A program made the translations under genes and the position numbers. Shown one piece after another: positions 1 through 13,900 of a stretch of 64,000 nucleotides of DNA (position 1 is its first letter; each line of letters opens with the position of its first letter). The stretch spans positions 1 through 64,000 of the forward strand of contig NW_026866843.1 of assembly GCF_026571515.1 (NCBI RefSeq), written 5' to 3'. The stretch comes from Ruditapes philippinarum (lineage: Eukaryota). Under the pieces are notes generated by a model. The model was given only the letters and a program-made list of their open reading frames with translations. It was not told the origin of the DNA and did not search any database.

Positions 1-848
1 ATTAACAATTTATTTAACAAACCAATTAACAAAACATTATATGGGGCTAGTTACCACACACACATTCAATATTAATTGAAAGCCTTCAAAAAGCCTAAAG
101 CTTGAAGAAAAGCATTTTCATATTCTTTTTTAAGGAAAACATTAGCTGTTGCTATGCATATAATATACATTAAACAAAAACAATCATTTTCTATAACTGA
201 ACAAAAATCACAGATATTTAACAAAAAGAGTTAATGCAGCACGCCCTCCAGATTCATGCTAATTTTCATGCAAATTTTTAAAAATCTATTTTAAATGTAT
301 ATTATTGTGAGTTACCAAAAGGAAAGCCATTTACTTTACACATGTTTTGTACGTAAACTACCAAAACAGGTCAAAATATGCAAAAATTAGCTCTTTAATC
401 GCGTTAGTAACACAGTAGAAATAAATTGTTGTAAATACTGAAAAAAATCCGAGTCATTAACCGCACATAACATATGAATTTATTACTTGATTTCTCAAAT
501 CTGATTACCTTTCCTTAAATTTCTTAGTACAAAATGTTTCTCAAATTTGATTTTTTAAAACATATTTTCAGCTCATCTGGAGGCATGTAGCCTTTAACAA
601 ACTATACACATAAAGAAATAAACAATAACTGAAATAAAAAAAAAATAACAATAATTATGTCCAACAAAAAGAAAACAAACTTAAAAAACTTAAAATATAA
701 AAATTTGTTTTATTCATTATTCCCTGCATGCATTTAAAAGGATCATTGCTATGCTTATTTAACAACTTGAACATTTAGTATACATGAAGCCAACCCAAAA
801 ATGGCGGAGGAATGTGCTATCTATAGAAATCAAAGGGAGTAACTCTAC

Positions 849-1011
849 CTTCAGATCCTCCACCACTGCCAGCAGCAGGGGCCATAAACCACGCCTCCTG
901 ACTTCAACATTTCCATCAGCTTAGCATTCTCCTCTCTCAGTTCACGGATGAGTTTGTCTGTGGGGCTCTCGTTGATGGTGGCTGTAGTTTTAATGGCCTT
1001 TGCTCTGTCAG
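849..1011 (-). CDS. KIF28: Kinesin exon 10 (ADRAKAIKT...[16 protein letters not shown]...), with one probable 1-bp insertion
   Basis: AG/GT boundaries; 163 nt; neck coiled coil. Confidence 0.85.
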
Positions 1012-1858
1012 CTATAAATAACAGTTAAACTTTATTGACAGTACCTGGTTATCAATCTTTCAAGCATCCGGCTTAGATAGGAAATTCATATATAAAAAAA
1101 AAAAACACTTAAACTTCACCAATAAGACTTTTGTATTGTGACTTTATGTGTATATATAATAAGTTCAATAAAAACAAACTATTTCTTTAGCTTTCAACGT
1201 TTGTTTTTTTGTTTTTTTGTTGTTTTTTACTTGATGTGTAAAATGCTGCTACTTTTTAAAATTAAAAAAAAATTAATGATTAGGCTAACACTTCAATATT
1301 CTAAACTATCCCTGTTGGCTTTAATATGTACGTAGTTATTTATTAAAAGCATAAATTAAAAACTTTAAAAACAATGGTATGATTGCGCTCAGTTAAATCT
1401 GTTACATACCAAATCTGAGTGTAGACAAGGTTTTCCTCATAGTTAATATCAGCAGGACTCAATGCAAGCAATCTACAAATATAAAACATTATACAATACC
1501 AATACTGCATTTCATAGAATGTCCTAAAGTTATCCCAATTCCTATGACCTATAACAAACAATAGGACTAATTTAAGACTGTTTCAATAAATATTTTTGTC
1601 TTTTGTAAAAAGTTTTAGACTTTAATTTAATTCATTATCATTGAGAAAAGTTAACAAAATACAATGACATGCACTTCAATCTTGCAATGTGTAAATGTTC
1701 ATCAGCATCATAATTCAGAAATTGAAGAGTTTAAACATAAGTCATGTGTTAGGACATTTTCTTTGAATTGAAATGTCCCTAATCAGTTAAATTTGTATCA
1801 CATACAACTTTCAATGAAACACAACATTGATTTGTTTCCAAACTAAAATCGTTCCATT

Positions 1859-1901
<43 letters not shown>

Positions 1902-4900
1902 TCACAAATATTATACATAATTATACATATATACAATGACATAATTTAACAAATTCAATTTGAGATATTCATATGTATTAGAGTTACAACGTACATAAAC
2001 ATACTATCTAGAGGTTAGTATATATCTTTTAAAATTTGTAGTAGTTTTTTGTCAAAAAAATTAACTTTTTGTCTTCTTGTATTTAAAGTATTGATAAATT
2101 ATTTCAAATTCTGTTTTAAACAGTTTTAAAATGTTAAATTCATTTGACCAATTATTACTACAAAAGTAAGCTTTATAAATACTAAAACCTACAATGGTGA
2201 GTATAACATTTATGTAAAAGTATTCTTCTTGAGATATTTTTATAACCGAAAATAAGGATGTCTAGTCTACGTATATTTCTTTGAATTCCGCACTCTTGAA
2301 ATATATATAAAATTTTCTCCCAAAATACATTTACTGCCATACAATCGATAAAAAAGATGTTGATAATCTTCTATTTTATTACATTTATTACAGAGTGGAG
2401 ATGAGACCATTTTCCATTTATAGCGCGTTTCTTTGCTTGTAAAAGATCATGTTTATTACTCTAAATTTGAATTGTTTTATACCGATTATCAGGAAGTCTT
2501 GTAATGAATTTATATATATCATTCCAGTTTAGTTTTGTCTCATATTTATTTGACCAATACGAATGTGTAGCGGGTTTAATGAATACTTTGTTTACTAATA
2601 TTTGATATATTGTTTTTGAATCCATCAATTCAAAAGGTTTGTTATTTATCTTAAGACGTTTTTCTGTTTTTATTTTTGTTTGCGAAGAGTGAAACGTTTT
2701 CATAGTTTGTTTCCAGGCTAGAGGTATAGCTTTAAAGAGAAGGTTTAATTCAACGACGCAGTTGCGTTTATCTACTAGCTTATTTAAGATAACATTTTGA
2801 TCTACTTCACCCTGATCATTAAGTAAATCATTTAAAAAATATTATATTCGATTTAATCCATGTTTTTAAAAAACAAACATTGGTTTTTAATTTTAATAAA
2901 TCTATTGCCCCCAGATTATTTGTTTTCTTATTTGTTCAAATGTCAAATTTTGATTTTCCTTATGTAAATCGCAAGTTTTTATCCATATTTTAATAAGTTC
3001 TTGATAAAATTCAGTCACATTACTACAATTGAGACTTTTAATAGTGTCTGTATTACAATAAAATATTAAAAAATTGTCACCAAAATCTTTCAGTAGGCGT
3101 TTCGGAATTAATTTCCAGTTTGCTTCTGATTCATCAGTTAAAGCTTTTACCCATTTAAGTTTTAAAGAAGTTATATATGAGTCTAAGTCTAGCATATCTA
3201 TTCCTCCTTGTAATTTATTGCCTATTAAAGTTGCACGTTTTACTTTTTTCTTGTTTATTGTCCCATAAAAATTTGAATATCATTGTATTGATTTCTTTCA
3301 CGATACTTTCTGGCACAACTAAAGAATGAAAACAAATAAGTAAATTTTGGTATCAATAACGATTTTATAATTTGAACTTTTCCATACATCGTTAACTTAC
3401 GTTTTTAACCAGTTTTTTATTAGACTTTGACATTCAGTTAGTTTTGACTGCCAATTGAGTTTAGAACACTCTTCGTATTGTATGCCAAAATAGACTCCTA
3501 GTGCTTTAATTGGTTTATTCGGCCATGTTATATTTCCTACTTTATCAGTTCGTGATTTACTTCTTCCTATCCACATTGCTTCAGTTTTTTTGCTATTGAG
3601 TTGTAACCCCGAGTATTTGCCAAAGCGCTCTACCAGATTTATTGCATTCAAGAATGTCTTGTTCAGATTTCAGAAAAAGAGTAGTGTCATCAGCAAGCTG
3701 TGCTATTTTAATTTGTTTATTATTATTTTCGATTTTTATCCCTTCTATACTGTTTTGAGTTTCTTATTTCAATGGCCATAATTTCAGCAGCTAATATAAA
3801 TAAAAGAGCAGATAATGGACATCCCTGTTTAATACCTCGATTTAAGTTAAATATCTCTGATTTATGTCCATTGTTAAAAATACATGATTTAATATCATTA
3901 TAAAATGTTTCGACCCAGTTATAAAGTTCGATTTAAAACCAAATTGTTTAAGTACATTAATTAAAAAATTCCATTCTAGAGTATCAAAGGCCTTACGAAA
4001 ATCTAGAAACATTATCGAACCATCTATTTGAAGTTTTTCTGAATAATCTATTATGTCTTGTATTAAACGTATGTTATATCCGATAAATCTGTTTTTTAAT
4101 ATAACCTTGTTGGTCTAAGCTTACTATTTTATGAATTACAGTTTGCAATCTTTTGGCAAGAGCACGAGTTGCAATTTTTACATCAACACATAATAATGAG
4201 ATTGGTCGATAGTTTTCTAATAATAATGGGTCCCCTTTTTTATAAACTAAAGATAGACAACTAATTTTTTGTGAATGAGATAATAGTTTTTTATCAAAAC
4301 ATTCATTTAGACACTCTGTGAGATGTGAGCCTACACAATAGAAAAATTCTTGATAGAATTCTGCAGGAATGCCATCAATTCCTGGTGATTTATTTGGCTT
4401 AAGTCCATTAACAGCAGTTTTTATTTCATTCAAATTTAAATAGCCTTCGCACTTACTCGCTTCATCATCGGATAATTTGTTTTCATACTGAATAGTGTTA
4501 AGGTATGTTTTTATATGATCTGTTGGAATTTTACTAGAAGTGTAAAGTGTCTGTAATAATTTACTGTTTCTTTTAAAATTTTCGTTTCATCTGAAAGTAC
4601 ATTTTTCCATTTATTTTAAGTGAGTTAATCGTTTTCCGCGTTTTGTCTCGACTTTTCCAGATTCAAAAAAAAATTCGTGTTTTTTTTCTCCATTTTCAAT
4701 AAAATTTATTCGAGATCTTATTTGTGCGCCTTTCGCCTTTGTTTCATATAGTTCTTGGATTTCTTTTTCTAATTTTTCAATTTGCTCGGATTCTAATATA
4801 CTATTGTTTTGTAATATTTTAAGTTTAGTTTTCAAGTTCTATAATATATTCTTTTCTTTCTTTTGCTCGCCGTTTTGAATATGTAATCGAAGCATTTTTA

Positions 4901-7900
4901 AATTCTAATTTACATAATTCCCAAAAGTCTGTTTTTGATACTGTGTTTCTGTAAGCAAGCTCGCATTGTTTTATTGTATCTTCTATCAATAATTTATAAT
5001 CACTCTCTTTAAGGTAGGAAATGTTCATCTTCCAATAACCATTTCCACGTTTTTAAAAATATTGCTTGATGATCTGTGTATTTAATACAAGCGGGTCTTA
5101 TATCGGATTTTACTACTAACGGAACTGCATTTTCTTCAACTAACCAGAAGTCTATTCTACTTTTATCTGTACCATTTTTCCTTCGCCAGGTAAACTGTGT
5201 TTTGTTTTCATTAAAAAGTTTCCAAACATCTATCGTTCCATTTCTTATAAAATAGATAAATAAATGACTTGTCAATTTATTTTAGAAATAACTTTTTGTT
5301 TTTATCCTGAACAAAAGAAAAGAATATTTCTCCAAAATGCTCTCACAGATTTGCAAGCCGCACATTTTTACTGCTGGTGAGTACAATGCAAACCATTTAT
5401 TCCATGATATGTTTTAAGTAAGTGTATTTATAATACCTCTCCTTAGGTAACAAGTTTTCAAGTTTAATCGTAAAAACGAAGTTAATCCACAGAAAAAACA
5501 AAGGATCTCTGCATGATGTCTTAGGAAGTTGCCTCATGCTTCATCCTGCTAGCTGGGGACATTTTAATTACTGGAAATAGAATATGTATATCCTCACCAT
5601 AATTGTTTTGCTGTTTCCACCAAGGGCATTCTGTAGCAGTCTTGTCAAGGTGGAGTCTCTGTATGGAACTGAAACATAATATAACAATATTATTCACATC
5701 ATTATATAAATATCCCAATGAAATCCAATTTCTTTTTTTAATTATATGCAAAATGCTCACAGAAATCCCCCCCCCCCCCCCCAAAAAAAAAATATATATA
5801 TAAGTATCAATTCACAATGATGACTCTTCTTTATATAAAAAAAATTGTCACAATTTCAACATGTTCGGACATTTTTTTAAATTATCAACTTACCAACAAC
5901 TTTCTTTTTCCCCATGGACTGGTCAGCCAAAGCCTTAATGACATTTCCAAGGGAACTGAGGGACTGGTTGATGGCTGAACCTTCCTTAAGTCTGTCCCCT
6001 GTAGCCCCTGTAGAGTCTGCCCTCTCACTGAAAATATGTTCACAGTGCTAATTAGACCACAATTAATCAAAACAGCAATATAACAATCATATTTTTGGAA
6101 TATCTACCCTGATGAAGATGTATAATGGACTTGTCTTGAATTGAATTTGGAACAATTTACTAGTAGTTTAAGGGAATTTTCTTTATCAAAATATTCACAT
6201 TGAGCTGACAACAGTATAAAGTCTGAACAGGTTTCACAAATATCCCACCAAGAACAAGTATGATAGGAATATTGGAAAAGTAAATATCCATCCCTAGACC
6301 AGTCAGACAGGAAGTTGATGAAATAGATATCAAACCTTGAACCAGTCTGCCAAGAAGTTTATAAAAAAAAAATAAAACCTTGAACCAGTCTGACAGGAAG
6401 TAAATGAAACACCTACCTTCCAGCAAGATCTACCAAGTTCACTGTTGATGTTCTTGTCATACTTTGTCCTGTCTCATTTGGCTGTTTCTGTGTGAATGTG
6501 ATAGCCACAATTGTGTGGGCACGACTATAATGCAATGTTAGAAAAATGTTACACCAGGTACAGTGTATGTGATAAAACATGCATTTTTTCACAAAATTAC
6601 AATCTTTATTCTGTAGCATGTCAATTTGAATATGATTTTGCTTGTTTTTCTGGGGTTTTTTAACACCAATTTTAATGCATTATACATACTTTTATTATAT
6701 AGCTGGAAAGGTTTACTGGCTTGATAATCATGTAATGAAATTCTTTAGGAATTGAAATATATATATCGTGCATAACAACAACACAAAAGGTATTCATTGA
6801 CCAGTAAAGGCTAACAACTCAAAGTCATTTATTTTTAACAAATAGAAAAATATAATGACATATCAAAACAAGAACTGTGATTAACATACATTCACACACA
6901 CTGCTTTGACACAGAAGAAGCTTTACTGGAGGTGGGGACTAAATTATAATCTGTATTAACATTATATTTGCAGGGTTTCCATTAAGTTTCAAAATTTGGA
7001 AGCCAGAGTCTGCAAAATCTCTGACACTAGAAGTCAAATTATATAGGTAAAGAAGGAAAAGCATTACACTTTTGTGGAAGTCACAAATCAAATTAAGGAG
7101 TAAATGACACCCAAACTTTCATTAACAGAAGCCATGATTGGTAAATAATACAGCATAGCACTGCACTACCAGTCAGGCCCTTTCATGTATTTTCTATGCT
7201 TTTCTGGTGACATCATCACACTTCACTGTTCTATTTTTAGAAATGCCTGCAACTCTTAGTCTCTAGGAAAGCGAAGCATGGTTTAAAATTAACAAAGTCA
7301 ATTTTTACAGATAGTAACATACCTGCTGGTAGCATTCATGTTGGTGGCTGCCACAGTTCTGTTTCTGGTACCATCATTAATCTTACCATCAATCTCTTTA
7401 TAACTGTTGACACCACATGCTGTCAGATTCTCAACTTTAATATAAATAGAGAATTATGATTGAAGAAAACAAAACATCATTTGATACTATACCATACATG
7501 TGAACTCTCCCACTTTAAGCGGGAGACTCCTTCTTTCTGCAGCCATATTTTCAAAGATTTTTCTTAAAATAAGGGGTATTTTCACTAACTAAAGAAATCT
7601 CCCACTTTTTGATATTAGAACTTTATTCTTTGTTTATTGCAAATTCTAAAATCTCCCTCTTTTTGAAGAATAATCTAATAAAGTTCACATGTATGCTATA
7701 CTTTTACAATGTTCAATGGCACATGAATATTTTCAACAGATGCAAGCATGTGACATTGGTATTTGTTTTTTTAATTTTAACAGAAGATGAAATTTAAACA
7801 AAAATGGTTCAAGAATCTTCAATGTAAAGGATTCCTATTGTTATAAGTTTATATCTCAATCTGATCTTGACCTTTAACATATCAACTGTCATAACCTTCA

Positions 7901-10900
7901 GTATGACCTTGACCTTTGACAATTTAACTGAAACTGCATGTCAAAGACTTGTTCTAAAAAAACTCTTGTATTCTTTTTAGAAATTGACGAAAAAACAATA
8001 ATTGTATGTAAGAATTCAGATCAGGAGATATTATATATTTCATACCATAGAATCCTTTGGATGGATGTTGTCTGACCTTGAGGCCTCCTTTCACAGTCAT
8101 TGATTTAGCATTCAGCAAGTCACGCACTTGTTCATTATAAATTTCCAACAAAACCAAATCCCTCAAGAACAAGGGAGGATACCGATTTTATAAGGAAAAA
8201 AATTTTTTTTTTTTTTCTTTTTCTTAAAAAAATAAGAACAATTTTAAATTTACAGAAATACTTTAAATGATATGCTTTAAAGGGCCCTAAATTTCACAAC
8301 AAATCTAAAAAGGGGTTTTTTTTTCTTTTTACTTTAAAATTTTAAAACTGAAAAAAAATAAAATTTTGTACAACTTTTAATTTTAGTAAGAGTTTTTTTC
8401 CAAAAATTTTAAAGATTTTTAAAGCTTCAAGTTCAATTTGAAATGAAAGATAATGGTCAAAAAAAATTCATTAATGTTCAGATAATGTATTTAATGCAGG
8501 GGCAAAATATAATTCAATTTACGAGGGTTATGCAAACTTTGTAAGCCCTTTTTTTTTTATATAAGTAACTGCATTTTTTGCGTCAACCCCCAAAATTTTA
8601 TTTTATTGTTATAATATACCTTAACCCTTTTTCCTCGTTTTTTTTTTCTCTTCATCCCCTTTTTAAATTTCATACAGAAAATTGGGTCAATCCCTTTTTG
8701 GGACCCATAGCCCACATAGAGTTGATTTTCCAATCCGTCGCCCAAGGCCCCGCAAAAGGGAGCTTAAAACCCTTTTCATGCTTTTGCAAGAAAACCAGCC
8801 CCGGGTTTCAAAACTTTTTGCTGAAAATGTAAAAATAGGAATGACAGTTAGAAAAATAATTTTTATAAGCTGATCAAATGGGGCAAAATTGGCAAAAGCC
8901 CCGGGTGACCAATATGGTGGACCTTTGTGTTTTTTTTCCTTTGGGTTTTAAATAAAGAGAAATTTAAAAGGGCCTAAAAAAAGAGGGCCTGGATCAAAAT
9001 TTGCATGTTGGGAAAAACTCTAATTTCCCCCTGTAAATTTTAAACTTCTTTTTAAACCCCTTTAAAAATTAACTTGCTTAAATTCCAAAAATGGATTTTG
9101 AGCTGCCTTTTTTGGAACCAAAATTTTCGAGCATCCAGAAAAAATTTTAAGTTTTTTTTCCCACAAAATATAAGCCCCGATCAGATAAGCAAAAATCAGA
9201 CGGTCGTCCTTTTCTGGTGCAAAAGGCTAAAATTTCCCCTTCCCGCAGGTTAATTGTTCAAGGATTTTAAAACCATTAAAAAAAGGGTTTATACAAAATT
9301 TTTTTTAGCCGTTTTTGGGACCAAAAAGGAATCATGCCTTTAGTCTTTTTTTTTTAACCCAAAAACCCGTAGATAATTTTAGCCCCCAGAATTGACAAGG
9401 GTGGGAGCACATAAAAATTCCTTTTTTCAAATTGAGTCTTAAGTAACCTTCATTGATCCATGCGGTTTATTTAAGGGCCTAGCCCAAGACTAGTAATTGG
9501 AAGTTAATTGTTTGTTAAAAAATTCAGTATCAAATTTTTAAAAATAAATATGGTCAATGCAAAGAAAAATAAAGCAATCAATAAAAAAAATTCTTTTTTA
9601 CATTTTTATTTTAAACCTTTTTTAAAACAAAAAAAGTACTTTTTTGAATCACGTTCGGTTTTCCCGAACCCAACCTTTTATGTAAGGGGAAAAAATACAT
9701 CATAGCAGGGCTCACCACCCCTTGGTAAAGGGCGGGATTTAAACCGTAAACAGAAAAATTCTACCCTTTTGAAATTAGTTTTTTGCATTTTAACCCGCCT
9801 TTTAACATAAAATCTATTTTTTGAAAAGATTTTTTAATAAAAAATTTTTTTAAAAATTTTTATTTTATTCAATTTCATTTTTTTCTAAAAAAATTAATGT
9901 TCCCTTTTCCCATACATTAATTTTCCCATTTTTTTAGGGAAATTTTTCCAAAATATTTTATTTTTAACAAAACCCATTTCAAAGGAACCTACATACTTTA
10001 GAAAAAAAAAAATATCGGCTTTTTCCTTTATCACAAAAAAACTTTTTTGGGAAAGGGAAAATGACAATTAAAACTAATTTTCCACGAGAATTAAAATTAC
10101 TATCCCTAATGCAGTAAGGGGAAAACTTCTTAATTTTAAAAATTTTAAACCCTTATTGGGCCTAGGTACGAACTGAATAATATAGACCCGGCCAGACTAT
10201 ATAAATTTTTTAAATTAGTGTTTTTCCCCCAAAAAGGTTTTTTTGTATGGTTTTTGTAAAAAACGCTAAAAAAATATCACATTTTGAAAACAGACCAAAA
10301 TTTAACACCATTATCAAAAAGGGCTTTTTTTTTTAAATCCCCTTTTAAATAAAAACTTTTTTAGTTTTATTTTAGTTTTCACATAAAATTAAAAACCCTT
10401 ATAGACACAGCTTTTCCCGATATTTAAAAAAATATTTAAAACTGAACTTGGGCAAAACTTTTAAAATAAATTAAAACTTTTTTCATGCAATTTTTTAATA
10501 TAAATTTTTTAAATTTAAATGTACACCTACAAAATTTTTTTTCGGAAAACGGGTTTTCCCGCAGACAGCGTCAAGTCGTGACTAAAGCCCGGGGGGGCAT
10601 GTGCCCCTCGGGGACAGGGTGGGGGGCTTTAAAGGGAGGTTTTTCTTGGCCCAAAAAACCCTTTTTTAAAGGGTAACTCTTTTCAAATTTTCCACTTTTC
10701 GAATTTTTTTTTCCATTGGCCGCTTTGATTTTCATATTTGAAAATTAAGTTTTTACTGATACAGTATCAGGTCTTTTTTAATTTTTTTTCCCAAAAATTT
10801 GCAACATTTTTTTAGGATAGTTTTAATTTAAATTTTAAAACAAAAGAGTAATTTTTATGAATTATTTATGGGATGTAGAAATTTTATGTAAAACTTTTTT

Positions 10901-13900
10901 TGGAGTTTTTGGAATTTTTAAGTTTTTTTAAAAGACAAAAATCAATCAAAAAGTAGAGGTTTAAAATGGGTTTTAAGGTTTTAAAAATTTTTTAAGCTAT
11001 AATAAATCGTTCATTTTTCATCCCCACTTTTCAGCAACAAAAGACATAGTGGCTTTTTGGCATTAAAAAAAAGTTTTTAATGAAGAACTAAGGTAACCCC
11101 AAACACAAAAAAGGATCAAAAAAATTTTTTTGATAAAAAAAAACTTTTTGGGGACGTTAAAAAAACTTCAAAAAAAGTGAAGCCAAAAAAAATTCCCCAA
11201 TTTTCCATTTTAGTAGACATAAGTAGATAAAAATCATTTTTCAAACTGACCCTATGGCATGCATCTCCACAAAGGAAATTCTATTCACCCCAAAAAGATT
11301 TCACTCGCTTTTTTAAAACAAATCGCCAAACATTTAAATTTTTTCATTATAAAAACTGTAATAGATTTTTTAAGTAAATTAAATCGAGGCCTTATAATAA
11401 ATATTAAATTTCTTTTAGATTATGAAACTACTTAAAACAAATTTTTTTTTCATTTTAAACACATGCTTTCCCTTAAAAGTAAAAATGCACTTTTTTAATT
11501 CTGGGGTTTGTTTTGGTATAAAAAAAACAACTGTTCAGTTTAAAGTAAATTTTAAAAAAGGGTTTAAGAAAACTATTTGAAGACGAAAAAATTTTTCTTT
11601 TTTAACTTTAAAAACATAGTGTTTTGAAAAAAACCTTTTTTTCAAAATGCTTGAGTTTTATCCCTTTTTAAAGGAAATAAGAGTCAGGGTCAAAATATTT
11701 CAGTGAATGACAATTTTAATAATTTTAATTTTATTTCCCCAAACTTTACGTGGACTGTTCCAGATTCAAAGTACTGGGCAAATCCATTGCATAAATTCAA
11801 CAGGTTAGGGTGAAGTTATCTATTTCTTATAATTTATCTTCACAGATCTTCTATTTACATACATTGTAATTTTAACCAGTTTGGTTGTTGTTGATTTTTT
11901 TATGCATTTCTGTTTATCACTTATATGAATACCTTCAAATGTATATTATTAAAATTGATATAATATTGGTAACAAATAATTCTTCTTTTTTGCATTTTTT
12001 GTAAAGATTATTACATAAAAGATTGGTTTTAAATGTCACCTTGAAACAACTGTGATATAATTTTATTGTAACAGATTAACAGATTATAGAAAATACTGCT
12101 TCAATATCTTCAATGTTGTATTTCATAAGTAGTGATTAACAGTCTTTAGTAAATAAATATTTATTATTACTGTGAATAACTAAGAAAAAATACATGCATG
12201 TACATGATCCAATGTGTATTAATATAGAATTGTATTAGTTATTTAAACCTTATATAAATAAGACTTTAATATTATGGATTAATCATATGGAAGATTATTT
12301 TAAGCAAAAAAACCAGATTGGACAAAAAAAATTTGAAATGATTCCTTACTCCTGACCAAACACTTTATTATATATTTCAAATATTTAACAAAGTAGTAGA
12401 CAATATTGTCTCTCGTAACTTTTTGACAATGCTCAAGAAATATGAAAGACAACAATCAACTTATCATGACTTTAAGCCTGTTGGCAGCAACCAAGTCTAC
12501 CCATAAGACCATTGCTGCACTAATCAACAATGCTGCAGACCAAAATCAAAGGTGGTTCATTTTAGATGTCTGAACATTAATTGGTCTGCAATGTTTGTAA
12601 TATACCAGTAACTATTACAAAATTTTCCTAAAAATGACGAAAGATATTGCAAAAAGTGAAAGATTGGTAAATCCATTTAACAAATTATAAGCTTCAGCAC
12701 GGTTACTAAGTTTTCAATTTTATTACACTTAAAAATATGGGAGTATGTACATGTATTTAAAACAGAACTGTTTCAGTAAAAAAGTATATTTGAAAAGAAA
12801 AAACTGAATTTAAAAAGACAATTAAAATGATAATTAAAATTTGAGCAGATTAAAGTTGAAAGGCTTCAAGGTTTATTAAACTAGTAAATCATACAATCTT
12901 AATTGTACTTTTAAAATTAAAACCTACTTATAACTTCCTGATACCAAGAAAATCTTACTGAGATTTTTAAAATTTTAAAACTTATTTCATTTTAAGACAA
13001 TAACAATGAGACAAGGGAATATATGAACCATATGATAAACAAAAGTGTAAGTGGTATTATTATCATTGTATTTGCCTAATCAATGATTAACAATGGAATA
13101 ATAAAGAACAATCTTTTGTACTTTGTATTAAGGTCACCACCACTCATCCAAATAAACAAGAATAATGTCACACCACTGGATTACTTTTTTTCATATTGTA
13201 TTTATTTATAAAGATACTTCCTTATAGATAGTCATTTGTGGGCGTTTGTAGGTAGATTTCAAACCTCAACTAACATAATGGTCTTTGAAATAAAACAATT
13301 TAAAAGAAAAGTAAAATTTATAATGATGCTAATAATGGATGAAAACTTTACATACTCGCATGCCAACCTCACTCCAATAATAAGAGCATGGCCAAAAACT
13401 AAAGCCCTTTTAAGTTTAATCTTTGAATAAGTTAACTAAAATTAAATATTTTTTCAGTATCAAATTCTTTTCAATACTGGTTTTCTGTTACATGCTTAAC
13501 AGATATGGATAACTGGTTTAGAAAAAGATAAAACTTGATGATTTTATAGCTCTTAATTTACCATTTAGTACTAAGAGCATAGGTGGAAGCTTTGAGAGGT
13601 CATAAAAGTCCTTTTTACAAAGATAAATCAGAGTTCAAACACTTAAAGTAAAATGACAGTAGAAATTTTGAACTAATCCGAAGTTTAGAATAATGTAAGG
13701 AAGGCTTTACAACCATTTGACATAAAGTTGTCAAAGTCATAGAATGAGCCTAGTGGATAATGCAGAATTTTCTAAGTTCAAAGTTCAAAAAGGGCCAATA
13801 GTTCTATTAAAATCCATGTTAAAGTTATGGGCTTTAGACGGTGACCTCCTATTATGCCCTCAAATAGGTGTGTGAAGCTTCAACCCATTCCCTTATGTAC

